Of a DNA stretch of 64,000 nt, positions 46,100 to 57,875 are shown piece after piece. Under the pieces are notes generated by a model, which worked only from the letters and a program-made list of their open reading frames with translations, searched no databases and was not told the origin of the DNA. Source of the DNA: Balanoglossus misakiensis (Eukaryota; Animalia; Hemichordata); the NCBI GenBank assembly GCA_040954595.2, contig CM082594.2, positions 10,668,276-10,732,275 of the forward strand. The letters are read 5' to 3'. Made by a program: the position numbers and the translations under genes. The number at the start of each line of letters is the position of its first letter. Within the stretch, counting starts at the first letter, position 1.

Positions 46100-46620
46100 C
46101 TCAATCAACAACAATCGCCATCTTGGGATTCCCTGATATCACCCAATAACGCTTTATTGGTTTCTATGTTGATACACGGATAAAATATAGTACGGAATTA
46201 TACTCCGCTATCTACCTTCTTATTGGGATACTGATGATAAATTTCAATTACATCAACCTATTTATACTTTTTGCAGGATAAACTCAAAGCAAAGAGTATT
46301 TATTTTGGATGGAATCATATTCCGAAGTTCTGACATGGAGCCTAGCGGATCAGTTTCACACAAATCGTATTTCGTGATCAGACCTTGACGACGGGGAACT
46401 GCGCAAGTGCACGCAGCCAGACGCGTTTCCCGGGAGGTGACCTTCGACCCCACTTCGAACGTACCAACCGGAAGTGTAAATAAATCGTCTGCTGTATGAT
46501 CAGGACTGCTGCATGATGTAGGAAAAGTCGCGCCGTAGCGCATCGGGAACGATCACGCCATGCCAGACTGGACTGAAGGCTGCTGTGAAGCATTTGACAG
46601 ACTGGATTTCAGCAAGGTTT
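46100..46620. promoter_or_regulatory. Bidirectional CpG-rich promoter MYCBPAP/PEMT
   Basis: CpG-dense; YY1-like CGCCATCTTG (~46116) and ETS/GABP-like CCGGAAGTG (~46468); divergent genes on either side. Confidence 0.65.
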
Positions 46621-47126
46621 CATAACAAAGCTATTTTAGCAAGTTTATCGTGTTTGTTGCATGCCTGTTTGTTTACGTGTACATGTATGATGTACTAAAG
46701 TTCACTTCGGTGTACACATTTGATCGCGATCTGTCGAGGCTAGACACAGTCTGAAACCATGGAGTAATACCGAAAGTCGTGTTATGTAATCTGAAATACA
46801 TGTAGACTGATTTCAGTTGAATCCCTGGGTAGCACTGAGAGGGGTACCCTTTCACCACAATGGTTGGATCCAAATCCATTGTTTTCTGCGGTGAATTTGG
46901 ACCTCTACATAAGGAAACAGGGAAGGGGGTTAACTTTATAGACATCAGTAATCTTAAATCTTAATGCAACACAGATTTGACAGATAAGCTTCAATCACTT
47001 TGCATGGTTGTCTGATCTTTTTGTTTCGTAATAGATATGGATAATTCCATTGGTTCATTCTATTGTTAACGAGATTAATGTTTTTTGACTTTGAACAGAA
47101 ATCTCTTATTGTTCTTTCAGGCATCT

Positions 47127-50100
47127 ATGTGGCCACTTGACAAAATGGAGACTCTTATAAACTGGAGAGATCCCAATTTGTATTTTTCTATCAGCATGAT
47201 TCTGCTTAAGCCAATATATTGGACTTTGGTAAGTGTATTGCAAAGTATTGGAATTATTTTTCATCTCATAAGTACAGGTTGGTAAGCTCAACAAAAGTAT
47301 TTACAATTTTCTTTTATGGTAACTTAATCTTTGAGTATTTGCCATTGTATAAGAAACTCTTTAATAATTAGTTTTGAAAATATGAACTCAGGTAACATGA
47401 CTCAAAAAGTAAAACTGGTATCTAAAAGTATGTGTTGATCCCGAATGTCAAGTTTGAATGTTAACGTGTTTATTATACTGTTAATCCACTTGTTCTGTCT
47501 GGCATTATTTGTCAGTCTGTGGGAACTGCTTTGTAAAGTGGAATCGATGGTTTATTTGTGAGCAGTCTCTCTACGCTAATTACAAAAGTTTGTTTGGAGA
47601 TCGATGATGCTGTTGAATTTTTAATGATGAAGCCACTTTGCAAAATGACCGCGCATGTCTGGAATCATTTGAAAATTTTCAAATTTTAACTGTTGCTATT
47701 TTCAGCATCACTGTTTTCAGAATACAAAAGATAACGTATTTATTTTCAGGAACATGTAAACACTTTTTAAAGAAATAAAAGTTGTTAAGTATTTCTCAAA
47801 GCCAATAAAGGGTTTAACCCAATCAGACAACAACTTCGTAACTTTTCACTTACATGTCACAGACTTTCAAGTATAAAAGATTTAATTAAAGTGACTATTT
47901 TCAGTTTTAACACATTGCACTATGGAAAAGTTGACCTTATACTTTCGGATACAATTTCACGTATTCCATTTTCACATTGTACTACTTGGTGTATAAGAAA
48001 ACCAAGATTTAGCCTGGTGGGTGACAGTGCAAATGATCAGATACGGTGTTTATTGTGTGTATGTATGTATAGTTGGTGAGATCTGTGCTTTTCTGTTTTA
48101 TTTTGTAAAATTCAGTTTGTACCTTTTTCTTAAAGGAAGAAATAAAACAGTAAGTTTGAGTGATGCAACAGACAGCCAATGGTGTTCAAAAACAGGCATG
48201 TCTCCATTGAGAGCTTCAAAGAGCTTCAAAGAGAAAAAAAAATCAATGAGGTGAAATTTGAAGAAAAACTTAATGAGACTAAGGAGATAGAATATTTATA
48301 AGTTATAGCTAAGCCCAATTTATCCATGGGTGTGTTTGTAGTAATAGGAGATGCTCCCTTTTGTTTGCGTTGTTGACACCCATTGTTAGAGATCATCACT
48401 GTATACCATGGGAACTTAGCAGGTGCATGCTAACATCCTATTCCAGTTTGAAATTAGTTTTTTGTCCGTTAAAGTCAGAGTATTTTGGCCGCCAAAAGTA
48501 GCCTTTGAACCAACTGCCAATTTTTGGTCAAATGTTACATCTGTTTAAAATAAAGATGGAAAGGAACGAGTCTAACATTTTTAGAAAGCATACCATTTTG
48601 CACAAAGAAGTTACCTATGCTTTCAACTAAGAATATTTATCAGCTTTTTCAAACACAAGTTGTGATGGAAGCATTACTGAGACAGTTTTATGAAATCCCG
48701 TTTTAGTTTTTACAAATGTTTGGCCAAAACAGAGCTACTTTGTGTAAAGACATCCTGCACAAGTTTTGTAAGTAAATGTTGAGAAGTTGTTTCTTCCCAC
48801 ATATTTTCTACCCATACTTCTTGTCAAGTTGAAGATTGCATCAGGTAATCACACCCTATTATCTCCTAATTTCATGCTAGTCACAAATTTGCCAAATTCC
48901 AATACATTGAATCAAGAAGCTGGGGAGCCACGTTGTTTGCATAGCATGGTGTATACAGAGAAACAAAAGATATTCATTGCTATTATGCAGCCATTTTAAG
49001 AAGCTAAACTGATCAGTGCATGACGTGTCTCTGAGGAACAGGCCAGAATTTCTCACATTTTTGAGTGTTTGTCAAACGAGAAAAACCCAAAGTTGGCAGT
49101 ATCGGACAATAATTACCTCTTGAAAAAGTGTTGATCACTTTTTCCATGGTAGTGTTTGAGGAAGAAAGTTATGACTTTTTGAAGGTTAGTTTATAGCAGG
49201 GTGAACACTAGTATAAATTGTAGCGTGAAGAGTGAAAGAGGGTCGTTAGAAGGTGTGTGGGAGAAAAGTCCCAAGTTGGTCTCTCAGTGAAGACAGAAAT
49301 GTAACAGCAAAAAGAAGAAAGCTGGCAAACAGCCCTGAGGGTGAAAAATATGAAGGTACTGAGAATCTTACAATATATGCTGGCAGTGCAGTCTGGCACA
49401 GGTTGTTGGTTGGCTGTGGAGTTTCCGTTGGTGTCTTTCGGAGCTTTCGGCCGCATTGCTGAAGCAAGCGACAGCATTCTGTGTTCTTTGTGGGACAACT
49501 CACACAGGTGAAAATAGCCTGTGAGTTGTTCCACAAAAACCACAAAACACCGCCAGAGGTATAGATGCAAGCTGAGTCACCAGGTAGCAAGGAGCATTGC
49601 AGGTAGCCAAATAAACAGCCAGCAGCTAGCTGAGGGTTGCAGAAGCACAAGCATGGGTGAGTGTGGCAGCCAGCAGGACTGAGATGCAACCGCAGGGAGT
49701 GGATGGACAGAGCAGCTCTCTGCAGCGATGTTCACCCCTTCCAGTCCCGAGTGTGGAGTGAGGTCAACAGGCGCTGGTCAGTCGCCTTTAAGTAGCGAGG
49801 GATGGCGCGGACATTGTGAAAGACAGAAGGAGCACAGCTCAGCCAATACAATTCAATTTAGCAGCCAATAATAGAGTGGGAAAATAGGGGATTATGCTGA
49901 GCCGTAGATCCCTCACATATGCAAATGAGGATGCTACCGGGAAGAATTGATCTGCTGTGGCCTTCATAATTCCCATCTATGCCTTCAAGCAGTTGAACAA
50001 GTTCTGTTGTGTATGGAAACAACAGTGTTGACAAATTATACTTTTGTTCCCCATTGCTTTGGGTAAAAAAAGAAGATGGAGCTGTAAAACATACAACACT

Positions 50101-53100
50101 TTTCCCACGTGCATGAAGAATACTATTAGGCCAGAGACACCCATGTCTGAGTTACTATTTTGAGCGCATTCCTATGCATCGTGCGTTTGGATGGAATTGT
50201 GAATATTTACTGAAGCTAGAGTTTATCCTGATAGCTTATGCAGTTTTAAGCCCCTATTACCCTTGCAGAATTTGTGGTGAACTTTCCGTTTGAAATAAAG
50301 AAGGACCCACATCCGCATGTCACAACTGACAGACACACACACCCATAGTCCGTGACGCAACCAGAAGTCACCCATCACCTTCATAAACACATTTTAGTGT
50401 CATCTTATCAGGCATTTGCTACCCTAAAAAAACAATACTCTGAATTTTCTGCAACTAGCGTCAGCGTTTTTGTGAAATTGTTTTTCTTTGGTGTCAACAG
50501 AGCCATCACAATGGCTGAATAGGGCAGTAGTTACATGTCTTGTTTGTGTGAATGGGGTGCAACAATCGCAATGTGGTTTTTACCTTGGTGTGAAATGACA
50601 GCTTAGCTTTTGTGGGCAGGTCAAAGATTTCAAACAGTATTGTACATGTGTTGACAACTGTGTGGCCAAACTCCAGTGAGGTGAACCAACGAACCACATT
50701 GTTGCGCGATTTTTTAGCTCTAGTGTTTTCACAACACGTATAAACATATTTGTGTATTAGTTGCACATTTTGGTACAGTTACATGAATGTTCTCACAGGT
50801 TATGACAACTACATGTATGTCAGCTGCATTGTCTAGGTGACTGCATCACAATTATGTCACAATTTCAAAATATGCTAAAATTATCACTTGTATCGTTAGT
50901 TTTCTACATGCAAAATAATATCAGTAACAACATTTGTTTGTATCAACACTTGGTTTGAATTAAACACCAAATGTTTTGTGTCGATTCAAGCCAGTTTCTT
51001 TCACACAGTTCTAAACTTTAACTTTAGTCTTGTGAGTTTTTCAAGTTGCCAACACCTGCCAGACTCTGCACTTTACAAAAGGAATAAATAATATTGATTC
51101 CTTTCACAGCTTTTGTCCTGCGGCTGATCTCAAGTTTTCAACCCATTAAATAACTTTGCAGCCAGTTCCCAGGGTCCACCTTTTGTCCCGTACAATTTCC
51201 ATGGCAACAGTGTGAATTCCCAAAATACTGCTGATGAAACAGGAATTTGCAGAGATGAACAGGTGTAGATGTTTGCATGTATTTCTAGATTTTCTTTCCC
51301 AACCATTTCCAAACTTAATTGGTGATTAATTGCTTACCTCCTAAATTAGCACTTAGTTTCTTGTTAGCCGAATGGAAACCACTTTTTGGTGCGTTCTGTC
51401 TCTTGCTCATCTTGCTGCTAACAATCGACCACTTGCTGACTTTTGCTGCTGCTGTACTTCCAGTAGTCTGTGGAAGTAACAAAAATATGTGAGCAGAAAT
51501 TTAGTTTTGAAGTGTTGTGCAGAAATAGATGCAGATATAGATGGTTTTAGGGATGTTCATGTCAGTTGGTAATATTAGTTCATGAATTAATGCAAGACCT
51601 ATCACCCCCATTCATAGTGGAATGGTCTATGTGATCATTCAAAATATCTGAAGTTGGAACATTCTTCTTTCAGTACATTTTTTCAAACATGGCGCATATG
51701 CAAACCACAGTCCATGTACTTTATTTTTTTCTCAAACTTTCAAAGTGTTTGATTTCTAACTCTGTGTGCAGACTATCTCTCTCAGTAAATTCTGCATGTG
51801 TGTGTGTGCAGTCTCTCTCTGGTCTACATTTTGCTCCCTGAAACATTCTCTCACAGTCCCTCTGAGTAACTCTTTTGGCCGAGTGATCACAACAGGTGTA
51901 ACGGCCATTGTAAAATGCTGATCAATAATTCACACTCATCTGATCAATTTCTGCTCATTATCTCCAGTGCCAATCAATCGTGCGGTCACCTTTCATAACC
52001 ATTCCAAATAATTTAAATCTCCTCGGCAAGAATGGAACTATTGTCACATTGGTAATTGTATAATCTTTTGTGGTGTTGGAAGTCAACTGACTGGTCCATG
52101 GGGAAAGTCTGATCCGTACCAACCAAAATAGAACTATTTCAAAAAAGCTTTGTTATTATCAAATTATGAGACTACAATCACAATATTTTTCTACTGAGAT
52201 TCAGTGTCAAAAAAGTTCATTCAATGAATGTTCATAAGAAAACCTTAGTCACACATGTCGATCTGTTTATGGTGAATATTTCACGCCCGACTAAATGTCA
52301 AATATTGACCTATGATGTACTGAACCAAATTTATTTTGTGAGTTGTATGAAGCGACCGATGTACAGGAGTTGACATATTAAACAGAGGAGGGTCCTAACT
52401 AGCATAACATAGTGTCACATTGTGTTTTCACTTCACAAAAGGGATTGTGTATTAAACTATTTACTTTGCCGGTAATCCACCTACCTTAACTTTATAACGC
52501 ACTCATCCCCTACAGATGGACTCCCTGACAAAATCTTCACACTGGGATTCAAACGTCCCCGTGAAACAACAGTGGGCAAATTTTGTGTCGTTGTCGAGAT
52601 TTGTGCGTTGGCCTCAGAACAGGTTGGACTTAATCACACGGATATAATGCTTTGGATATGCGAGGGGGGGCCTAGACGATGCTTTGTTTACCTGACAACG
52701 TGTATGAGAGTGGAACGGTGTATAGCCAGCAGGTACCAAACATGTGTTGGGCTTTTGTTTTGTCTTGTGTCCTTTCTCATTGATCGGCAGACGGCCCTCT
52801 TTTAGACAATGCTAATTTCAGGGGGCTTTTTAGTAACGCTGTGGGCTAAACAAAAAGCCCACTTTCTTTTAATACTATGGCCAGCAGAGCTGGAAACTCA
52901 ATGGTCTTGTTTAATTGTGAAGATTTTTGAAGTCTCACATTATTTTGACTTGAGACTTGGGGCCAAAAAATCGAAATAGAGGAATTAAAACTTGTATGTA
53001 CCGGTCAGGTATTTTTCAGTTCAGTGTAGATCTGTGTATTTCATCATCATTTTCTGTGTATTATCATCACAGGCATGCAGACTGGAATATCACACACGCA

Positions 53101-54121
53101 CTTTCAGTAAAGCAGTTGGCAGCAACTACAAGGCATGCGTTCTGTTTGGAATATCAATTCTCATCTTTGGTGTATTCAGAGATTCCAGGTCAGTCTGTAC
53201 AAGGGTGTAGTTTGATGACTAAGTACTCAAGCTGCACACATAATGTATCATTTCGTTCCAAATATGGGCTACAATACGTTCGCCTTTTGATGTATACATC
53301 ACCGTCAGTACATTTTGTGTACATCTTCTCCAAAACGAATCCAACATAACATTTTCTCATTTACAGTTTTAAGGTAGCAATTGATGGTCAGCCCAAACTG
53401 GATCTGCTTGACAATCCCATGGTGGATTTATTAGGTACAGCTTCTATCATTATCGGGTCAATTCTTGTGCTAACCAGTTTCTGGCATCTTGGTTTTGTAG
53501 GCACTTTTCAAGGTGAGTGAATTCCCATTTCTGTTTTGTTCTGCGTCTTAAGAATGTACGCCAAGAATGTACACTTACTCACTTCTACTATTGTCATTTT
53601 CACGAAATCTTACACCTAGCTCAGTCAAGTACAAATAAATTCATTGGTCAAATATTTTTTTCTGCAGGTGATTATTTTGGAATCTATCATGATGGGAGAA
53701 TAACAACTTTTCCATACAACCTGTTTGACAATCCAATGTACGTTGGCACTGTATTGAACTTCTTAGCATTTGCATTATGGTAAGTGGATAAACTTACTAA
53801 ATATATATTCCAGGGTAGAACAAGAAACCAGAGTTGATATATAGCAGACATAGGGGGAAAAGTGTGTTACTGGGTGTGTCTGTCTGTCTCTCTCTCTCTC
53901 TCTATCTCCTCAGACATATATGCCTAATTTCAGATCAATAAAGGGAACACAGTATCATTGATTCTGTCTTTTTCGGATTTAATTTCAGGTCTGCCACTCC
54001 AGCAGGTCTGTGCCTGAGTGCTCTTGTTGGAATTGTCTACAGGATCGTTGTGTACATTGAAGAACCTTTCACTGCAGAGATTTACAGAAGGAAAGCTGAG
54101 GAGGATGCCAAAAGGAAATAG
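47127..54121 (+). CDS. PEMT: Phosphatidylethanolamine N-methyltransferase
   Basis: Exons 47127-47228, 53073-53188, 53367-53512, 53668-53779 and 53989-54121. Motifs KPIYWTLACRLEYHTR, SFWHLGFVGTFQGDYFGI, FPYNLFDNPMYVG and EEPFTAEIYRRK; basic tail AKRK*. Confidence 0.95.
49372..49477 (-). CDS. MYCBPAP: Candidate alternative first exon antisense in PEMT intron 1 (MLSLASAMRPKAPKDTNGNSTANQQPVPDCTASIY)
   Basis: 106 nt (3n+1), donor T|gtaaga. Upstream lie a GC-rich leader, two CCAAT boxes (~49842, ~49864) and an octamer ATGCAAAT (~49919). Confidence 0.58.
51338..51410 (-). CDS. MYCBPAP: Candidate alternative first exon antisense in PEMT intron 1 (MSKRQNAPKSGFHSANKKLSANLG)
   Basis: caagATG start, 73 nt (3n+1), strong donor GAG|gtaagc. 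Confidence 0.6.
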
Positions 54122-54685
54122 TTCAACAGTATCCGAACAAAATTGCGATGATTGGATCAAATATAGGGCATTATATTTTACAATCAATTTTTTTAAATTC
54201 ATCTGTAGAAGCAAAACATTATGAGAGATAAAATCTTAAGAAATATACATATCAGTTCTGAGAGTGTACTATTTTACCCAAACATAGCATAATGCGATTG
54301 GGAAATATCTATGCCACTATGGAATATGTGAAAATGTTACTATCACAACCTTTCCACTCTCCAGTGGCAACAATGGGGGAGACCTTTCAATCATCGGTGG
54401 GTACTGCAGGTCAATTTTACGAGACACAATTAAATTTATTTAAATACACGCAAGTTTAAGTGGAAAATGCTGAAAGATAGATAATTTTGATCACTACACT
54501 TTCTGGAGTTACAACTTTGTTTTGACGACGTTTTGTTGACATTCAGGCGATCATCACACATTGTCCCTGACAGTGGAATTGAACAATGGTTGCTCAACTA
54601 AACCTTGAACTAAATAACAAGATTATACTTTTCTCAATTAAACTACCAGTGCTCCCCACGTGCAAACCAAAAAATATTCACTCAC

Positions 54686-54896
54686 CTCCGCCATGATGGA
54701 ATTGGTAATTGTCACAAAAATTGGAAAGTTTGTTGGTGAAGCATTGGAGGTTGAAACTCAAAAAGTCATGTCTGTACAGAATGCTGTTGTATAAATGATA
54801 CCAAAGGTTTGGCTGTGTGTCATCACTTTTCGCTCCGACGATTGTCTCCATGCGAGAGCTATTTGATCTTTGTCCCCTCATAAAAACCCCTGTCAT
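54686..54896 (-). CDS. Weak candidate distal first exon beyond the PEMT 3' end
   Basis: A 70-codon open frame ends in phase 1 at a consensus donor GAG|gtgagt; an alternative reading (ATG GCG GAG) is phase 0. Confidence 0.35.
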
Positions 54897-55301
54897 TATT
54901 GTCCAGCGGCCCTTTGCCAGTGGCGGTGATTGTCACAGCAGAAAGGCAGTTTGTTCCACGCCTATCGTTTTACAGAAGGTCTTTTATTGGTGTTTTTATG
55001 GACAACACAAGGCACCTTTCCTTTACTCGTCGATTGTTCGGCTACTTCAAGATTATCTCTTGTGTTGATGCTGACAGTTGAAGAGATCATTGGTGTTTTG
55101 CCCCTCAAAGAAAGTGACAACTTTCTGCCATGTGCTAGAAACCAAATTCCCATGCACCAGTGAATTTAGGCATAAATCAACACCATGTGACTGTCGCAGT
55201 GTGCATACACTTTCTATGTGTCTCTCTGTTAATAATTCTCATCCACATTGTGATGAGTAGGAAGCATATTACCAATACACACAGACATAATTATATCATC
55301 A

Positions 55302-55331
55302 CCCCCCCCCCCCACACACACACACACACAC
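55302..55331. repeat. poly-C/(CA)n microsatellite
   Basis: Read directly from the sequence. Confidence 0.85.
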
Positions 55332-56234
55332 AAAGATAATAACACAGTCAATGTTGTATTCTTGTTATTAAGAATGGCACATGTATTTGTTCTAAATAAA
55401 CGCTATGTACAAGAACTGATAGGCAACTGAAAACAGAAATAGAGATGTGACAATAAAAATGGGTACATGTTTAGACCAATAACTTTTTCTCTCTCACTGA
55501 TACATAATAAAGATGACAGAGATGGATATATTTATCTTCAAGGTATTGGGCATGAATACGGCATCAGTCCAGAATTGAAATCTATTTATCTGTGCTTATT
55601 AGACACTGATATGAATACTTCCAAATACTTTTAATTCAGTATTAATGATATGACAACGAAATGCCAGAAGCTCCTGATTCTCAGCATATGTAACCCCAAA
55701 CCACTGTGGTAGCCTTATTCAAATATTGGATTTTGTATTTATTTATAAAATTTCACTTTTATTTCTCTCTCACATACCCTCTCACATTCTCTCTTTCTCA
55801 CTGAAGAAGCATGCAGCATGTGCCTAGACCTCCCAAAACTCTAACATCTAAATTTCCTACTGCAATAAACATAAGATGAACGCAAGATTTTGATGCAAAC
55901 AGAAGCATTTTTTTTTTCAAACAAGATGTGATTATGTTGCTTTTTTCGTTGTCAATATATGTATAAAAATCCCTACAATACTAGTGAAAGGTGGGTTTTG
56001 GTTCAACTACCTAAAGCAATGCTAATTTTTTAATTAACATGCTATTTCTTATTTTTTTAATAATCGTGCAAAGAATTTTAACCTTGTTACAATAACCAAC
56101 AAAACATGAGAAAAACTATCACTGGCTAAAAAAATCAACACCAGACGTGGATAAAATGATTGTTCATTTCAGAAAAGAAAAAGTAATAAAACAAACAAAA
56201 CAAAAACGTAAGGAAAACATAAAACACTTGTTGG

Positions 56235-56313
56235 GCTGATTGTGGCCAGTGTAACAGGTGTTGTAATTGGCTCTGATTGTGGCCACTACATAACAGGTGT
56301 TGTGATTGGCTCT
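56235..56313. repeat. Short two-copy tandem duplication (~37-38 bp) in the E-protein 3' UTR
   Basis: CTGATTGTGGCCA..TAACAGGTGTTGT.ATTGGCTCT occurs twice in tandem. Confidence 0.75.
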
Positions 56314-57875
56314 CTCTGTCAGCCTCCACATTTCGACATAAATTATATATTTAAACTGTGAATTATTTCTTCAGTATGAAGTTGACCAAAAAATTGATAG
56401 AGCAATCTCTTTTCGAAGCAATAATGAGATGAGAAAATATATATATTAAGTTTTAATCATTGCTATTGCGCAACTGTCTGTGCCAAATTTTAAATTGTTG
56501 CCCTGTATCCTACTGGATCCAATGAACTACGCTTCAAGACACAAACTAAAAGCTTGAAGCTCAAAAACCTACATTTCTTCTGAAAATACTCCATAAATAT
56601 GCAATAAATTCCTTTCTTTTTAAGTTATTTGCTTTTTTTCCATGTCTTCTCTTTTTAAAGTTCAACAGCATCCTCTTGGACACAATCGCAAGAAAACCTT
56701 GTGGACCGGTAAACATTAACAACGCTTTTGAAATAATGGCCAAATGTATGCTCTTTCAAAAGTCTTTGTCCTGTTTTGTTTTGTTACTTGTTTATATTTT
56801 CGCTTTCTGTTGACGGAAGACGCTTTGTATCAAGGTAACAGATGTAATGTTTGAGTTATTCAAAGCACAGTTCTCTGAGCACACGTTTCAAGGGATAAAA
56901 ACCAAAAAAGTTGTTTCTGAAAAAAATAAAAAGCTTGTCAGTCTCCAACCCAGGCGAGGTTGCATCCTGACTCCAGTTGTCTGTTTCAAGATGTCGCACG
57001 TTCCGCCATGTTGGAACCCAAAAATCTGCCCCTCAATACGAGGTAATAATCAAACATCCAAAAACTTTAAGTGAGTTTGAAAAAGAGCACAAAGGCACAA
57101 TTAAAGTACATTTAAAACATCAAAAGAAAACATAAGGAATACCAGCCCAACTTTGAAAACTTTTTTTTGTTTTTGATTCCAAAATATTAAAATTTTGTGA
57201 TGAAATGTTCACCGACAACCGATACAGATTATTTCTTTTTTAAGTATACATCAAATGTTAGGTTTGACTTTGTATTTTTTTCGCCTAAGGGAAACATCTG
57301 TTTCAGTAACAAAATGAGGTAAAAGACTGAGACCAAAAATGCTCGTTTCTTTCCAGTTTTCCTCGTCTAATGTTTTCCCAACAAACTCTACTCCCATTCT
57401 AGCAATCATGATAAAGAGCTAGTCGGTATCTACTTCCAAAATCTGGATCCATTAATTGTCATCTTGATTCTTTCAATTTCTTTCTCTAAAGTGGATAAAA
57501 TAAGTATAAAACTTCTCTGTTGATTTGTCTTGCTTGATTTCCTTTCATCAGTTTTGAGTTGATTCGTTTTATTTTTTCGATTCTCTATATCAGAGTTTTC
57601 AGTCTCTGTGAGCTATTTGTTCTCAGTACAATCCCAAGTGGGCGGGGTTCTCTGAATTTCCCCACGGCACTTGACTGTTAAAAAACTGTTGTGATGAGCC
57701 CAGAATATAGAAGACAGTCCACACTGTGTGTCTCTCAGGTGAGTTCTTGCAGACTGCCTGGATTTCACAAAACATCATCCTTCGTTTATCGCTTGTGAAA
57801 CACTGAAATCCTTTTCCACACAACTCGTTGGGCATTCAACCGAAGAGCCCTCAGTGACGATGACGACAGCAGCGG

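Noticed and set aside
45306-46104. ORFs of 122 and 88 aa as an independent gene
   Set aside because: No recognisable domain; the plausible coding part is the 55-nt exon in another frame.
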